Source of the DNA: Thermoplasmatota archaeon | Lineage (GTDB): Archaea; Thermoplasmatota; Thermoplasmata; UBA10834 | DNA: 64,000 bases | Assembly (NCBI GenBank): GCA_040751795.1 | Contig: JBFMHR010000002.1 | Coordinates: 320,001 to 384,000, forward strand | Reading direction: 5' to 3' | Shown: piece after piece, positions 36,583 through 44,587 of the stretch | How the letters are laid out: the number at the start of each line of letters is the position of its first letter | Numbering within the stretch: position 1 is the stretch's first letter | Translations under genes and position numbers: made by a program | The notes under the pieces: model-generated | The model's input: only the letters and a program-made list of their open reading frames with translations | What the model was told of the DNA's origin: nothing | Database searches by the model: none

Positions 36583-36660
36583 TCGCGTGGGCGGGCAGGC
36601 GCAGGCATGCCTGGCCAACCTTTATGCCGCCATGGTCGAATCGCGCATCGGTGATGCGCC

Positions 36661-36924
36661 TTGGTCGGCGGGTTCGGTCCATCGTCGGGCATGTCTGCGG
36701 CACTGTGCGAGTCCAATGAGAGCCGGCTCGCCAACGCGCCGCGGGCGGGAGGTCCAGCGCTCTTCGCGCTCGGGTTCTCAATCGTCTTCTTCGGGGTGCT
36801 GTCGGGCATGTGCATGCTGCACTTCGAGGAGGAGCTGCTCGGCACGGCGATACTCGCGGGCACCGCGGCGTCGGTCGCCCTCATGGTCGCCTACGGTCTG
36901 AGGATGAACAGGGCGGGCTCCTGA
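36661..36924 (+). CDS. Small 2-TM membrane protein (start uncertain)
   Basis: Two hydrophobic helices. Confidence 0.45.
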   Translation: MVGGFGPSSGMSAALCESNESRLANAPRAGGPALFALGFSIVFFGVLSGMCMLHFEEELLGTAILAGTAASVALMVAYGLRMNRAGS

Positions 36925-37429
36925 CGGAATACCCTGCCGGCTGAAGGAACGGGTGCAGGGACACAGGCCCGGACCGCGGTGCATGGCAGCGAGGGTTTTA
37001 ATGAAGCGAAGGCGATACTGCACCCAGTGAGAGTCTGAATTCGGGAGTACCAAGCGGCCTTCCATCTACGGATGCGTGGCTATCTCGGTCCGCTGACCCC
37101 GACAGGTCATGGATTCGCGGTCCGGCAGAAGAATCGGAGAACGGAGACCAGACCTCGGACTCTGTCACGGCCATCGTTTCGATTGCATGGAACATCCGCA
37201 GAATCTTCGTGGTCCTTCTGACATTCCTGGTGATCTTGATGATCTTCCTGATGGCGTCGCTCTACTTGGCGTTGGCCGACGCACCTTCTGAAGCCGGTGT
37301 CACGGTTGCTATCATCGTCTCAGCGCTTGTTGGGGTGGCGGGCGCGTGGTACGCCATCGACTCGAAACGTTTGAGCAGATGACGCCTATGTTGCCAGTCT
37401 GCTTCCGCAATCTCACCTGAGCCATAAGG

Positions 37430-37514
37430 TGCAGGGGCGCGGATTCGAACCGCGGAACCACTTCTGGACAAGGTCCTAAGCCTTGCGCCGTTGGCCTGTC
37501 TTGGCTACCCCTGC
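37430..37514 (-). tRNA. tRNA-Leu(TAG)
   Basis: On the minus strand: acceptor stem GCAGGGG/CCCCTGC, anticodon arm CAAGG-CTTAGGA-CCTTG, variable arm, GGTTCGAATCC. Confidence 0.97.
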
Positions 37515-37572
37515 ACGGCGTGCGTGACGCATCATTGGCTCCGTATAAGAAGGAATCGCAGACCCTGAGCCC

Positions 37573-38022
37573 TCAGGCCCTGGCCCCCCGGGACGACGCG
37601 ACGTCCTCGATCACGGCCCTGAGTATCGCGATGGCCGCCTCCCGCTTCGCGGGGAAGGCGCGGACCTTGATGCGCACGGCGACGACGTCCTCCCCCCCGC
37701 CGAGTACCAGCTCCCCGGCGAAGGCGCGCTGCTTGTCGAACCTAAGGAAGAGCTGGCACGACTCATCGACCCTCCTCTCAAGGGTCGAGGCGACTTCCTG
37801 CAGGTCGCCGGGCGACATCCTGCCGAGCATATCCAGTATGGCGGCCTCGTCCTCCACGGACGACTCGAGGACCTCTATCGCGTTCCCGAAGTGCCCCTCG
37901 GTCATGGTCCTGGCCACCGGCGCTTCCCCGACGACCGTCCTCAGGGCCGCCTCGACCCTGGAGCAGTCCTCGGTCGCATGGCATATGGTCCTGGCATGGA
38001 GCGAAGAGAGCCTGCGCGTCAC
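37573..38022 (-). CDS. DUF54-family RNA-binding protein (predicted exosome-associated)
   Basis: HATED..RV, EGHFGNAI, LFLRFDKQ. Confidence 0.85.
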   Translation of the reverse strand: MTRRLSSLHARTICHATEDCSRVEAALRTVVGEAPVARTMTEGHFGNAIEVLESSVEDEAAILDMLGRMSPGDLQEVASTLERRVDESCQLFLRFDKQRAFAGELVLGGGEDVVAVRIKVRAFPAKREAAIAILRAVIEDVASSRGARA

Positions 38023-38169
38023 TCACACTCAATCGCCCAACGGATATGTAAAACCGCGCGGCCCCGCCGAGGGGCCATGCCAGGTCATGTCAATGCAGGC
38101 GCCGAACCTGTAGGTGGGAGAATACTTAATACGTATAACACGCTAACAACGAAAACGGTGTCCCCGGTG

Positions 38170-38721
38170 ATGGAGATCAGGTTTCACGGGCGAGGTGGCC
38201 AGGGAGTGGTCATCGCGTCCGAGGTCCTGGCGAAGGCCGCGTTCCGGATGGGCTTCGAGGTCTCCTCTTTTCCGTTCTTCGGAGTCGAGCGCAGGGGCGC
38301 TCCCGTGACCGCCTTCGCCCGCATCGACAGGAAGCCGATCAGGAACAAGTCCAGCATCTACGAGCCGGACTACGTCGTGGTCCTGGACAGCTCGCTCCTC
38401 AGGGGCGTGGACGTCCTCGAGGGGCTCAAGGCCGGCGGCAAGGTCCTGATCAACTACCCGGACGGAAGCCCGCTGCCAGCGCTGCCACCGGCCTACAAGT
38501 ACTACGTCCTCGACGCCAACGCCATAGCCGCCGCCCACGGCATAGGCTCGAAGGTCACCCCGATCGTGAACACGGCCATCATGGGCGGGTTCGCCAGGAT
38601 GTGCGACTGGGTTTCCATGGACGCGATGGTCGAGACCATCAGGGCCGTCGCCCCCGTGAAGAAGGAGGAGAACGTCGCCGCAGCGCGCGAGGCCTACGAG
38701 AGGACCAGGGAGGCCGCCTGA
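38170..38721 (+). CDS. porG: 2-oxoacid:ferredoxin oxidoreductase gamma subunit
   Basis: EIRFHGRGGQG, FGVERRGAPV. Confidence 0.92.
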   Translation: MEIRFHGRGGQGVVIASEVLAKAAFRMGFEVSSFPFFGVERRGAPVTAFARIDRKPIRNKSSIYEPDYVVVLDSSLLRGVDVLEGLKAGGKVLINYPDGSPLPALPPAYKYYVLDANAIAAAHGIGSKVTPIVNTAIMGGFARMCDWVSMDAMVETIRAVAPVKKEENVAAAREAYERTREAA

Positions 38722-38993
38722 TGACCAAGAGCTACGAGGAGATCCCCCTCACGCCCATCTCAGACTCGCCGAGCACCATCAACATGACGGGCCTCTGGAG
38801 GGCCTTCCGGCCCATGGTGGACATCTCCAGGTGCAAGAGGTGCACCCTCTGCTGGAAGTTCTGCCCCGACGCGGCCATCACACTGGTCGACGGCGTCCCT
38901 GTCATCGACCTCAAGTACTGCAAGGGGTGCGGGATCTGCGCCTACGAGTGCCCCGCGGAGTGCATCGAGATGGTGAAGGAGGGGAGCGCATGA
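38721..38993 (+). CDS. porD: 2-oxoacid:ferredoxin oxidoreductase delta subunit (2[4Fe-4S])
   Basis: TGLWR and two CxxCxxCxxxCP motifs. Confidence 0.92.
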   Translation: MTKSYEEIPLTPISDSPSTINMTGLWRAFRPMVDISRCKRCTLCWKFCPDAAITLVDGVPVIDLKYCKGCGICAYECPAECIEMVKEGSA

Positions 38994-40177
38994 GGATGGT
39001 AATGACCGGCAACTACGCCTCCGCCTACGGCGCGAAGGTGTCCAAGGCGCAGGTCATCGCGGCCTACCCCATAACCCCCCAGACGTCCATCGTGGAGAAG
39101 CTCGCGGACTTCGTGTCCTCGGGCGAGATGAAGGCCAAGTTCATCCCGGTCGAGAGCGAGCACAGCGCCATGGCCGCGTGCGTCGCCGCGTCGACCGCGG
39201 GGGCCAGGACGTACACCGCGACCAGCTCGCACGGCCTCACCCTCATGCACGAGGTGCTGATGTGGGCCTCGGCCGCGCGCCTGCCCGTCGTCATGACGAA
39301 CGTGAGCAGGGCGATGGCGCCCCCGTGGAGCGTCTGGGCGGACCACATGGACTCCGTCGCGCAGCGCGACACGGGATGGCTCCAGTTCTTCTGCGAGGGC
39401 AACCAGGAGGTCCTCGACACGATCATCATGGCGTACAAGGTCTGCGAGAGCAGGGGGGTGATGCTCCCCGCGATGATCATCGAGGACGCGTTCATACTCT
39501 CGCACACGTCGGAGCCGGTCGACGTCCCCGAGCAGGAGCTCGTCGACTCGTTCCTGCCGCCCTACGACCCCGAGCTCAGGATCGAGCCCGGCAAGGCGCG
39601 GGGCTTCGGCTCCCTGGTCCGGCCGGACCAGTACATGGAGTTCAGGTACAAGGCCATGCTCGCCATGAGGGACGCGCACGACAGGTTCCTCAGGGTCGAG
39701 AAGGAGTTCAAGCAGGTCTTCGGGCGCGAGTACGGCGGCCTCCTCGACGCCTACAGGTGCGACGACGCCGAGGTCGTGCTCGTCGCGGCCGGATCGGTCG
39801 CGGCCACGGCAAAGGACGTCGTCGACGCGCTGAGGGAGAAGGGCCAGCCGGTCGGGCTGGCCCGGCTGAGGGGGTTCAGGCCGTTCCCCCACGAGGAGTT
39901 CAGGGCCCTGGCCCCCAAGGTCGCGGGCATAGGCGTGCTCGACAGGTCGTACACCTTCGGCCCCGCGGGGGCGTTCTACACCGAGGTCAAGGCCTCGCTC
40001 TACAGCTGCCAGAAGCGCCCGGTGATGAAGAACTACATCGCGGGCCTGGGCGGCAGGGACATCACCCCCAGGATCATCGAGAGGATCTTCGAGGACATCC
40101 AGCTCACGACCAAGAGGGGCGGGGGCGACGAGGTCGAGTGGGTCGACGTCGCGGGCCTTCCGAGGAGGTGGCGCTGA
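38990..40177 (+). CDS. porA: 2-oxoacid:ferredoxin oxidoreductase alpha subunit
   Basis: AYPITPQT, ESEHSAM, GLGGRD. Confidence 0.93.
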   Translation: MRMVMTGNYASAYGAKVSKAQVIAAYPITPQTSIVEKLADFVSSGEMKAKFIPVESEHSAMAACVAASTAGARTYTATSSHGLTLMHEVLMWASAARLPVVMTNVSRAMAPPWSVWADHMDSVAQRDTGWLQFFCEGNQEVLDTIIMAYKVCESRGVMLPAMIIEDAFILSHTSEPVDVPEQELVDSFLPPYDPELRIEPGKARGFGSLVRPDQYMEFRYKAMLAMRDAHDRFLRVEKEFKQVFGREYGGLLDAYRCDDAEVVLVAAGSVAATAKDVVDALREKGQPVGLARLRGFRPFPHEEFRALAPKVAGIGVLDRSYTFGPAGAFYTEVKASLYSCQKRPVMKNYIAGLGGRDITPRIIERIFEDIQLTTKRGGGDEVEWVDVAGLPRRWR

Positions 40178-41067
40178 TGGGCAAGACGACGATACCCGAG
40201 GAGGAGTTCGCCTACCCGGGCAGCACCGGCTGCCCCGGGTGCGGCGCGAACCTCGTGATGAGGTACCTCCTGAAGGGCCTCGGCGAGAGGACCGTCCTGT
40301 CCATACCCGCCTGCTGCTGGGCGGTCATGCCCGGCTACTGGCCGAGCAACTGCCTGAAGGTCCCCATACTGTACACGGCCTTCGAGGCCACGGGCGCCGG
40401 CATATCCGGGCTGAGGGCCGCGTTCGACATCAAGGGCATGGAGGACGTCACGGTCGTGGGCTTCGCCGGGGATGGCGGGACCGTGGACATAGGGCTGCAG
40501 GCGCTGTCCGGCGCGGCGGAGAGGCAGACCGACGCCATATACGTCATGTACGACAACGAGGCGTACATGAACACCGGGATACAGAGGAGCGGCTCGACCC
40601 CCTGGGGCGCCTGGACGACCACGACCCCCGTGGGGAGCAACCACGAGTACAAGCACGAGCCGAAGAAGGACATCATGGCGATCATGGAGGCCCACGGGAT
40701 CCCGTACGCAGCCACCCTGTCGGTGGCGCACCCGGAGGACTTCGTCAAGAAGGCGCAGAAGGCCAAGTCGGTCAAGGGACTGAGGTTCATGCACGCCCTC
40801 TCGCCCTGCCCGCCAGGGTGGCGCCTCAACCCCCAGCTCACGGTGGAGATAGCCCGCCTGGCCGTCGACACACACCTCTTCCCGCTCTACGAGATAGAGG
40901 GCGGGAGGCTCAGGATCACCAGGAAGGGGAAGGGCACCCCGGTCAGGGAGTACCTCAAGCTGCAGGGCAGGTTCTCGCACCTGACGGACGAGGAGGCCGA
41001 CGCCATACAGAGGGCGGTCGACGCCCGGTGGGCCGCGCTCCTCGAGAGGGAGGAGAAGGACGCCTGA
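40177..41067 (+). CDS. porB: 2-oxoacid:ferredoxin oxidoreductase beta subunit
   Basis: GCPGCG, TPP motif GDGG..DNEAYMNTG, SPCPPGW. Substrate specificity cannot be determined. Confidence 0.93.
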   Translation: MGKTTIPEEEFAYPGSTGCPGCGANLVMRYLLKGLGERTVLSIPACCWAVMPGYWPSNCLKVPILYTAFEATGAGISGLRAAFDIKGMEDVTVVGFAGDGGTVDIGLQALSGAAERQTDAIYVMYDNEAYMNTGIQRSGSTPWGAWTTTTPVGSNHEYKHEPKKDIMAIMEAHGIPYAATLSVAHPEDFVKKAQKAKSVKGLRFMHALSPCPPGWRLNPQLTVEIARLAVDTHLFPLYEIEGGRLRITRKGKGTPVREYLKLQGRFSHLTDEEADAIQRAVDARWAALLEREEKDA

Positions 41068-41072
41068 CGGCG

Positions 41073-42176
41073 TCACGCGACCTTGAGCAGCCTCTTCCTC
41101 CTGTACCCGGTCACGACCTTCACGGTGCCCCTCAGCTCCGCGTCCAGGGCGGGGTCGCCGGTGTCCACCCTGAGGAGGGGGGTGCCGCGCAGCTTCGAAG
41201 GGCTCGCCACGACGACTATGTTCGCCCTCCCGACCTTCCGCACGACCCTGGGGGATATCTGCTGGTTCCCCCTCCCGAGGAAGAACCCCTGGGCGCCGAT
41301 GGGCGACACCACTATCCTCGCGTCCGCGTGCTCCTCGAGCTCCCTGAGCAGGTCGGCCTCGGTCGCGTCCGCGCGCACGCGCCCGCGGTCCCTGTAGACG
41401 TCGACCCCGAGGAGGGACTTCAGCTGCCCCATCGACCTCGCGATCCGGGCGGTGGTGCCCCCGGGCCCGACGATGTAGGTGACGCCGGGCTCCATGCAGT
41501 CGGCGATGTACTGGCCGATCTCGTCGGCCTCGTCGTCGGCGGTCCCGGAGGAGTACGACTCCTTCCCGGACTGCACGTGCTCGGCGACGTCCGGGGTGAG
41601 GGCGACGCCGAAGAGCCTCGCCTTGACCTCGCCCATCCTGAACGACTCCTCGTCGACGTCCATGACCTCCGCCTCCCTCACCGCCTTCGAGCGCGAGAAG
41701 GCCGCGAGGAGGTCGCCCAGCTCCGAGGGAGTGTTGAGGAAGACGGCGGAGTGCATCTTGACGCCAGAGGGCACGCCCAGGACCGGCATGTCCGAGCCCG
41801 CCTCCGCGAGGACGTCCCTCGCCGTCCCGTCGCCGCCGACGAAGACGACCAGGTCCGCGCCATTGGACACGAAGGCCTTCACGGCCTCGCGCGTGTCGCG
41901 CGCGGATGTGACCTCGGCGTGCCCGCACACGACTTCGTGCCCGACCCCGGCGGCCTTGAACACCTCCTCTCCCATCTCGCCCCCGCAGGTCAGGAAACGG
42001 ACTTCGCCGACCTTGCCGGGGACGGACCGGAGCGCCTCGGCCGCCCTGTCGGCCGACGTCCTGCGGGCGCCGCGTCTCAGCGCCTCGTCCAGGACGCCCT
42101 CCCCGTCGGTGCCCTTGAGGCCCACCGGTCCCCCCATCCCCGCGACCGGGTTGACCACGAAGCCCACAGTCAGCAT
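41073..42176 (-). CDS. ATP-NAD kinase family protein (AcoX-like)
   Basis: NPVAGMGG..LKGTDG, GGDGTARD, GVKMHSAVF, GRGNQQ. Confidence 0.85.
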   Translation of the reverse strand: MLTVGFVVNPVAGMGGPVGLKGTDGEGVLDEALRRGARRTSADRAAEALRSVPGKVGEVRFLTCGGEMGEEVFKAAGVGHEVVCGHAEVTSARDTREAVKAFVSNGADLVVFVGGDGTARDVLAEAGSDMPVLGVPSGVKMHSAVFLNTPSELGDLLAAFSRSKAVREAEVMDVDEESFRMGEVKARLFGVALTPDVAEHVQSGKESYSSGTADDEADEIGQYIADCMEPGVTYIVGPGGTTARIARSMGQLKSLLGVDVYRDRGRVRADATEADLLRELEEHADARIVVSPIGAQGFFLGRGNQQISPRVVRKVGRANIVVVASPSKLRGTPLLRVDTGDPALDAELRGTVKVVTGYRRKRLLKVA

Positions 42177-42258
42177 CGGGGATGTCAGGAGGTTATGGGT
42201 AGAAACGCTTTGTGCAGAGCGACGGTGCCGCTGCTGGTCAGGTCAGAAATCGCTAGAA

Positions 42259-42289
42259 GGAGGCCCTGCGGGCCTCCGTTTCGGGGTTT
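42259..42289 (-). terminator. Putative terminator of the RHH-ftsZ-like operon
   Basis: On the minus strand, AAACCCC then hairpin GGAGGCCC-GCA-GGGCCTCC followed by TTCT, just after the stop at 42296. Confidence 0.5.
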
Positions 42290-42295
42290 GCAGGC

Positions 42296-42697
42296 TCAAG
42301 ATGCGGGCTCTTCCGACGGCGGCTCGGCGAAGTCCGCGACGTCCGACATGGACTCGAATGTCCAGGCGCACAGGGGCTCCCAGGCCTCCGTCCCGTCCGA
42401 TGGTCCGGCGGCGACCATCAGGTGGACCTTGACCTGCTCCCCGTCCTCGTACCTGTCCTTCGAGATGAAGACCTTCCCTGGAAGCTGGCTGAGCCTCCTC
42501 AGCGCGCCCGAGCGCACGGGGACGGAGATCTCCCCGACCTCGGAGCTGTCCGAGAGGGTCTGGATGTCCTCGGCGCACTGCCCGAAAAGGTGGCGCAGCT
42601 GCCCCTCGAGCCGCACCATCCTCATGGTGTCCCACTCCTCGTCGTCCATGGTCGAGTAGGCCAGCCACTCCCTCATGCCCTTCACCAGGTCGGCCAA
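42296..42697 (-). CDS. Hypothetical protein, possibly a degenerate FtsZ C-terminal domain
   Basis: GAGGTGA SD before TTG. DLVKGMREW and EQVKVHLMVAAG resemble FtsZ H7 and its last strand by eye only. Confidence 0.6.
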   Translation of the reverse strand: MADLVKGMREWLAYSTMDDEEWDTMRMVRLEGQLRHLFGQCAEDIQTLSDSSEVGEISVPVRSGALRRLSQLPGKVFISKDRYEDGEQVKVHLMVAAGPSDGTEAWEPLCAWTFESMSDVADFAEPPSEEPAS

Positions 42698-42734
42698 AGC
42701 AGTTCACCTCCTCGGGACCCGCTCTCCTGCCACC

Positions 42735-43511
42735 TCAGAAGGACCCGGGGCCGAAGTTGCCCAGCATCGGGTTGAGGTCGGCGTGTATGAACTGCTCGTG
42801 CTCCTGCGGCGGCCTGACGGGCATCGGCTCCTCGAAGGCGTCCCCGTACCCGACGACGTCCTCCATGAGGGTCGACACGTACGAGCTGGTCTGGTCGCTG
42901 ACGCTCTCGACGATCTTCATGACGCTCCTGTCTATGACCTTCAGCGCCTCGGACATTGGGATGTCGTCGGCGAGGCCCACGAGCTTGTTGTTGTCCAGGA
43001 CGATCGTGAAGCTGGCGCTCTCCTTGAGCTTGGCCAGCCCGTCGGCGGCGGCCTCGGACCTGCCCTCGTGCTCGAAGGGCATGATCGGCAGCGCGAACGA
43101 GACGGCGTTCGTCTCCCTGGCGACGCTCGCGACCACCGGCGCCACGCCGGTCCCGGTCCCGCCGCCCATCCCTGCCACCACGAATATGATGTCGTAGCCC
43201 CTGATCGCCTCGCGGATGACCTCGCGCGCCTTCTCGGCACAGTGCTCCCCGACCTCGGGGTACCCTCCGGCGTCCTTGCCGAAGGCCACGTTCTTGCCTA
43301 TCAGCACCTTCCTGTGGGCGTCGACCTTCTTCAGGTGCTCCTCGTCGGTGTTGATCGCGACGGTCTCCACCCTGTTGTGCTTCCAGTACATCCCGTGCAC
43401 TATGTTCGAGCCAGCTCCGCCGCATCCCACGACCGCGATGGTCGGCTCTCCCAAGCTCACTCCAAGCGAGTTTAGTATCTCCTCGGTCCTGCTCCCTTCT
43501 TCCGCCGTCAT
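42735..43511 (-). CDS. FtsZ-family protein truncated after the GTP-binding domain
   Basis: VVGCGGAGSN, AINTD, tubulin signature AGMGGGTGTG, PFEHEG, DNNKL. No T7 loop or C-terminal domain. Confidence 0.88.
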   Translation of the reverse strand: MTAEEGSRTEEILNSLGVSLGEPTIAVVGCGGAGSNIVHGMYWKHNRVETVAINTDEEHLKKVDAHRKVLIGKNVAFGKDAGGYPEVGEHCAEKAREVIREAIRGYDIIFVVAGMGGGTGTGVAPVVASVARETNAVSFALPIMPFEHEGRSEAAADGLAKLKESASFTIVLDNNKLVGLADDIPMSEALKVIDRSVMKIVESVSDQTSSYVSTLMEDVVGYGDAFEEPMPVRPPQEHEQFIHADLNPMLGNFGPGSF

Positions 43512-43601
43512 CCTTCCTGGCCTCCGTGCGCCGCCGCGATGGAGGGGAGACCCTCGTCGAGAGTCTCCCCCACCAGTGCGTTCTCCGTCCTCTACGGGTG
43601 C

Positions 43602-43979
43602 CTATGTCTTCGGGACCACCTTGACCGCGCTCCGCTGCTGGTTCGCGTCCATCTTCAGCGTCTCCACATGCTCCGTGCGGAGGAACTGGTGGCGCGCGCA
43701 GTCGGCCAGTGCCTCGGACGTCGAGTTGTAGACGCCCTCGGCCACCAGGTGCGCGATCGTGTCCAGAACGAGCGGTGGCAGTTCCACGACGACCTCGTTC
43801 AGCTTCTTGGTCCCCTCGGCACACCCGATCTTCGCCTCAACGTACGCGCGTATCGCGGCGCGCGCAAGTTGGGACCTGTTGGAGAACTCGTTGCTAGCCG
43901 AGATGAACTCGTCTATCAGACGCAGGTCGTCCGCGTCCAACCGAAGAGTTATCCGCTCGTTCTCCAAGGGGTCGTTCAA
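43602..43979 (-). CDS. Tandem ribbon-helix-helix regulator (CdrS-like)
   Basis: ERITLRL..FSNRSQLARAAIR and a second unit VVVELP..GVYNSTSEAL. Confidence 0.8.
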   Translation of the reverse strand: MNDPLENERITLRLDADDLRLIDEFISASNEFSNRSQLARAAIRAYVEAKIGCAEGTKKLNEVVVELPPLVLDTIAHLVAEGVYNSTSEALADCARHQFLRTEHVETLKMDANQQRSAVKVVPKT

Positions 43980-44014
43980 GTGTGCATCCCATCCCGATTT
44001 TCAGACGCAGAAGG

Positions 44015-44166
44015 GACATATGTCATACGACCGTATATATAGGTATCCGAAATGTCACATTTCGTCTGATTATGTCATATCGGCCTACTGGCGGCCGTCC
44101 AACGGGGGGCGTCGGGGCGCGTCCCGGTATGACGTCCCGGCCCTGATTGACGCTGGGCGGTCATAC
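44015..44166. promoter_or_regulatory. Promoter/operator with repeated GTCATA motif
   Basis: GTCATAC 44022, GTCACAT 44054, GTCATAT 44074, inverted GTATGAC 44127, GTCATAC 44160. TATATATA lies at ~44034-44041. Confidence 0.6.
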
Positions 44167-44195
44167 GCAGAGAAGGTTTATCATCCTGTTGCGGG

Positions 44196-44522
44196 ATGCG
44201 TCGGCACCGCAGTTGGGGGGCCAACAGATTGGAGACCGAGGGTTCTAGCGACGGAGCATGCCATTGCAGGGACAGGCGCCTGCTGCTGGTCGTGGGCCTC
44301 GGGATGGCGCTGTTCATCGCGGGCTTCCTCATCTCCGTCGCCTCGCTGTCCGGGCCGGGGACGGTCCCCGCGGAGGAGACGAGCTACCTCGCCAGCGAGT
44401 CCGCGTCGGACGGCCAGCCGCTGTCCCTCTTCATGGGCCTGCTCCTGAGCCTCGCGGGCGTCGTGCTGGCCACGGCGGCCCCGGCGGTGTTCTTCATACA
44501 CGCGCGCAACGGCTCCGCGTGA
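44196..44522 (+). CDS. Small 2-TM membrane protein (start uncertain)
   Basis: Two hydrophobic helices and host-like codons in the 3' part. Confidence 0.55.
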   Translation: MRRHRSWGANRLETEGSSDGACHCRDRRLLLVVGLGMALFIAGFLISVASLSGPGTVPAEETSYLASESASDGQPLSLFMGLLLSLAGVVLATAAPAVFFIHARNGSA

Positions 44523-44587
44523 CCGCCCGCGCCCTCGAATAACCTTTTATCGCCCTCGGCCATTCCGTCCTGGGCTGGCTGAAGACG

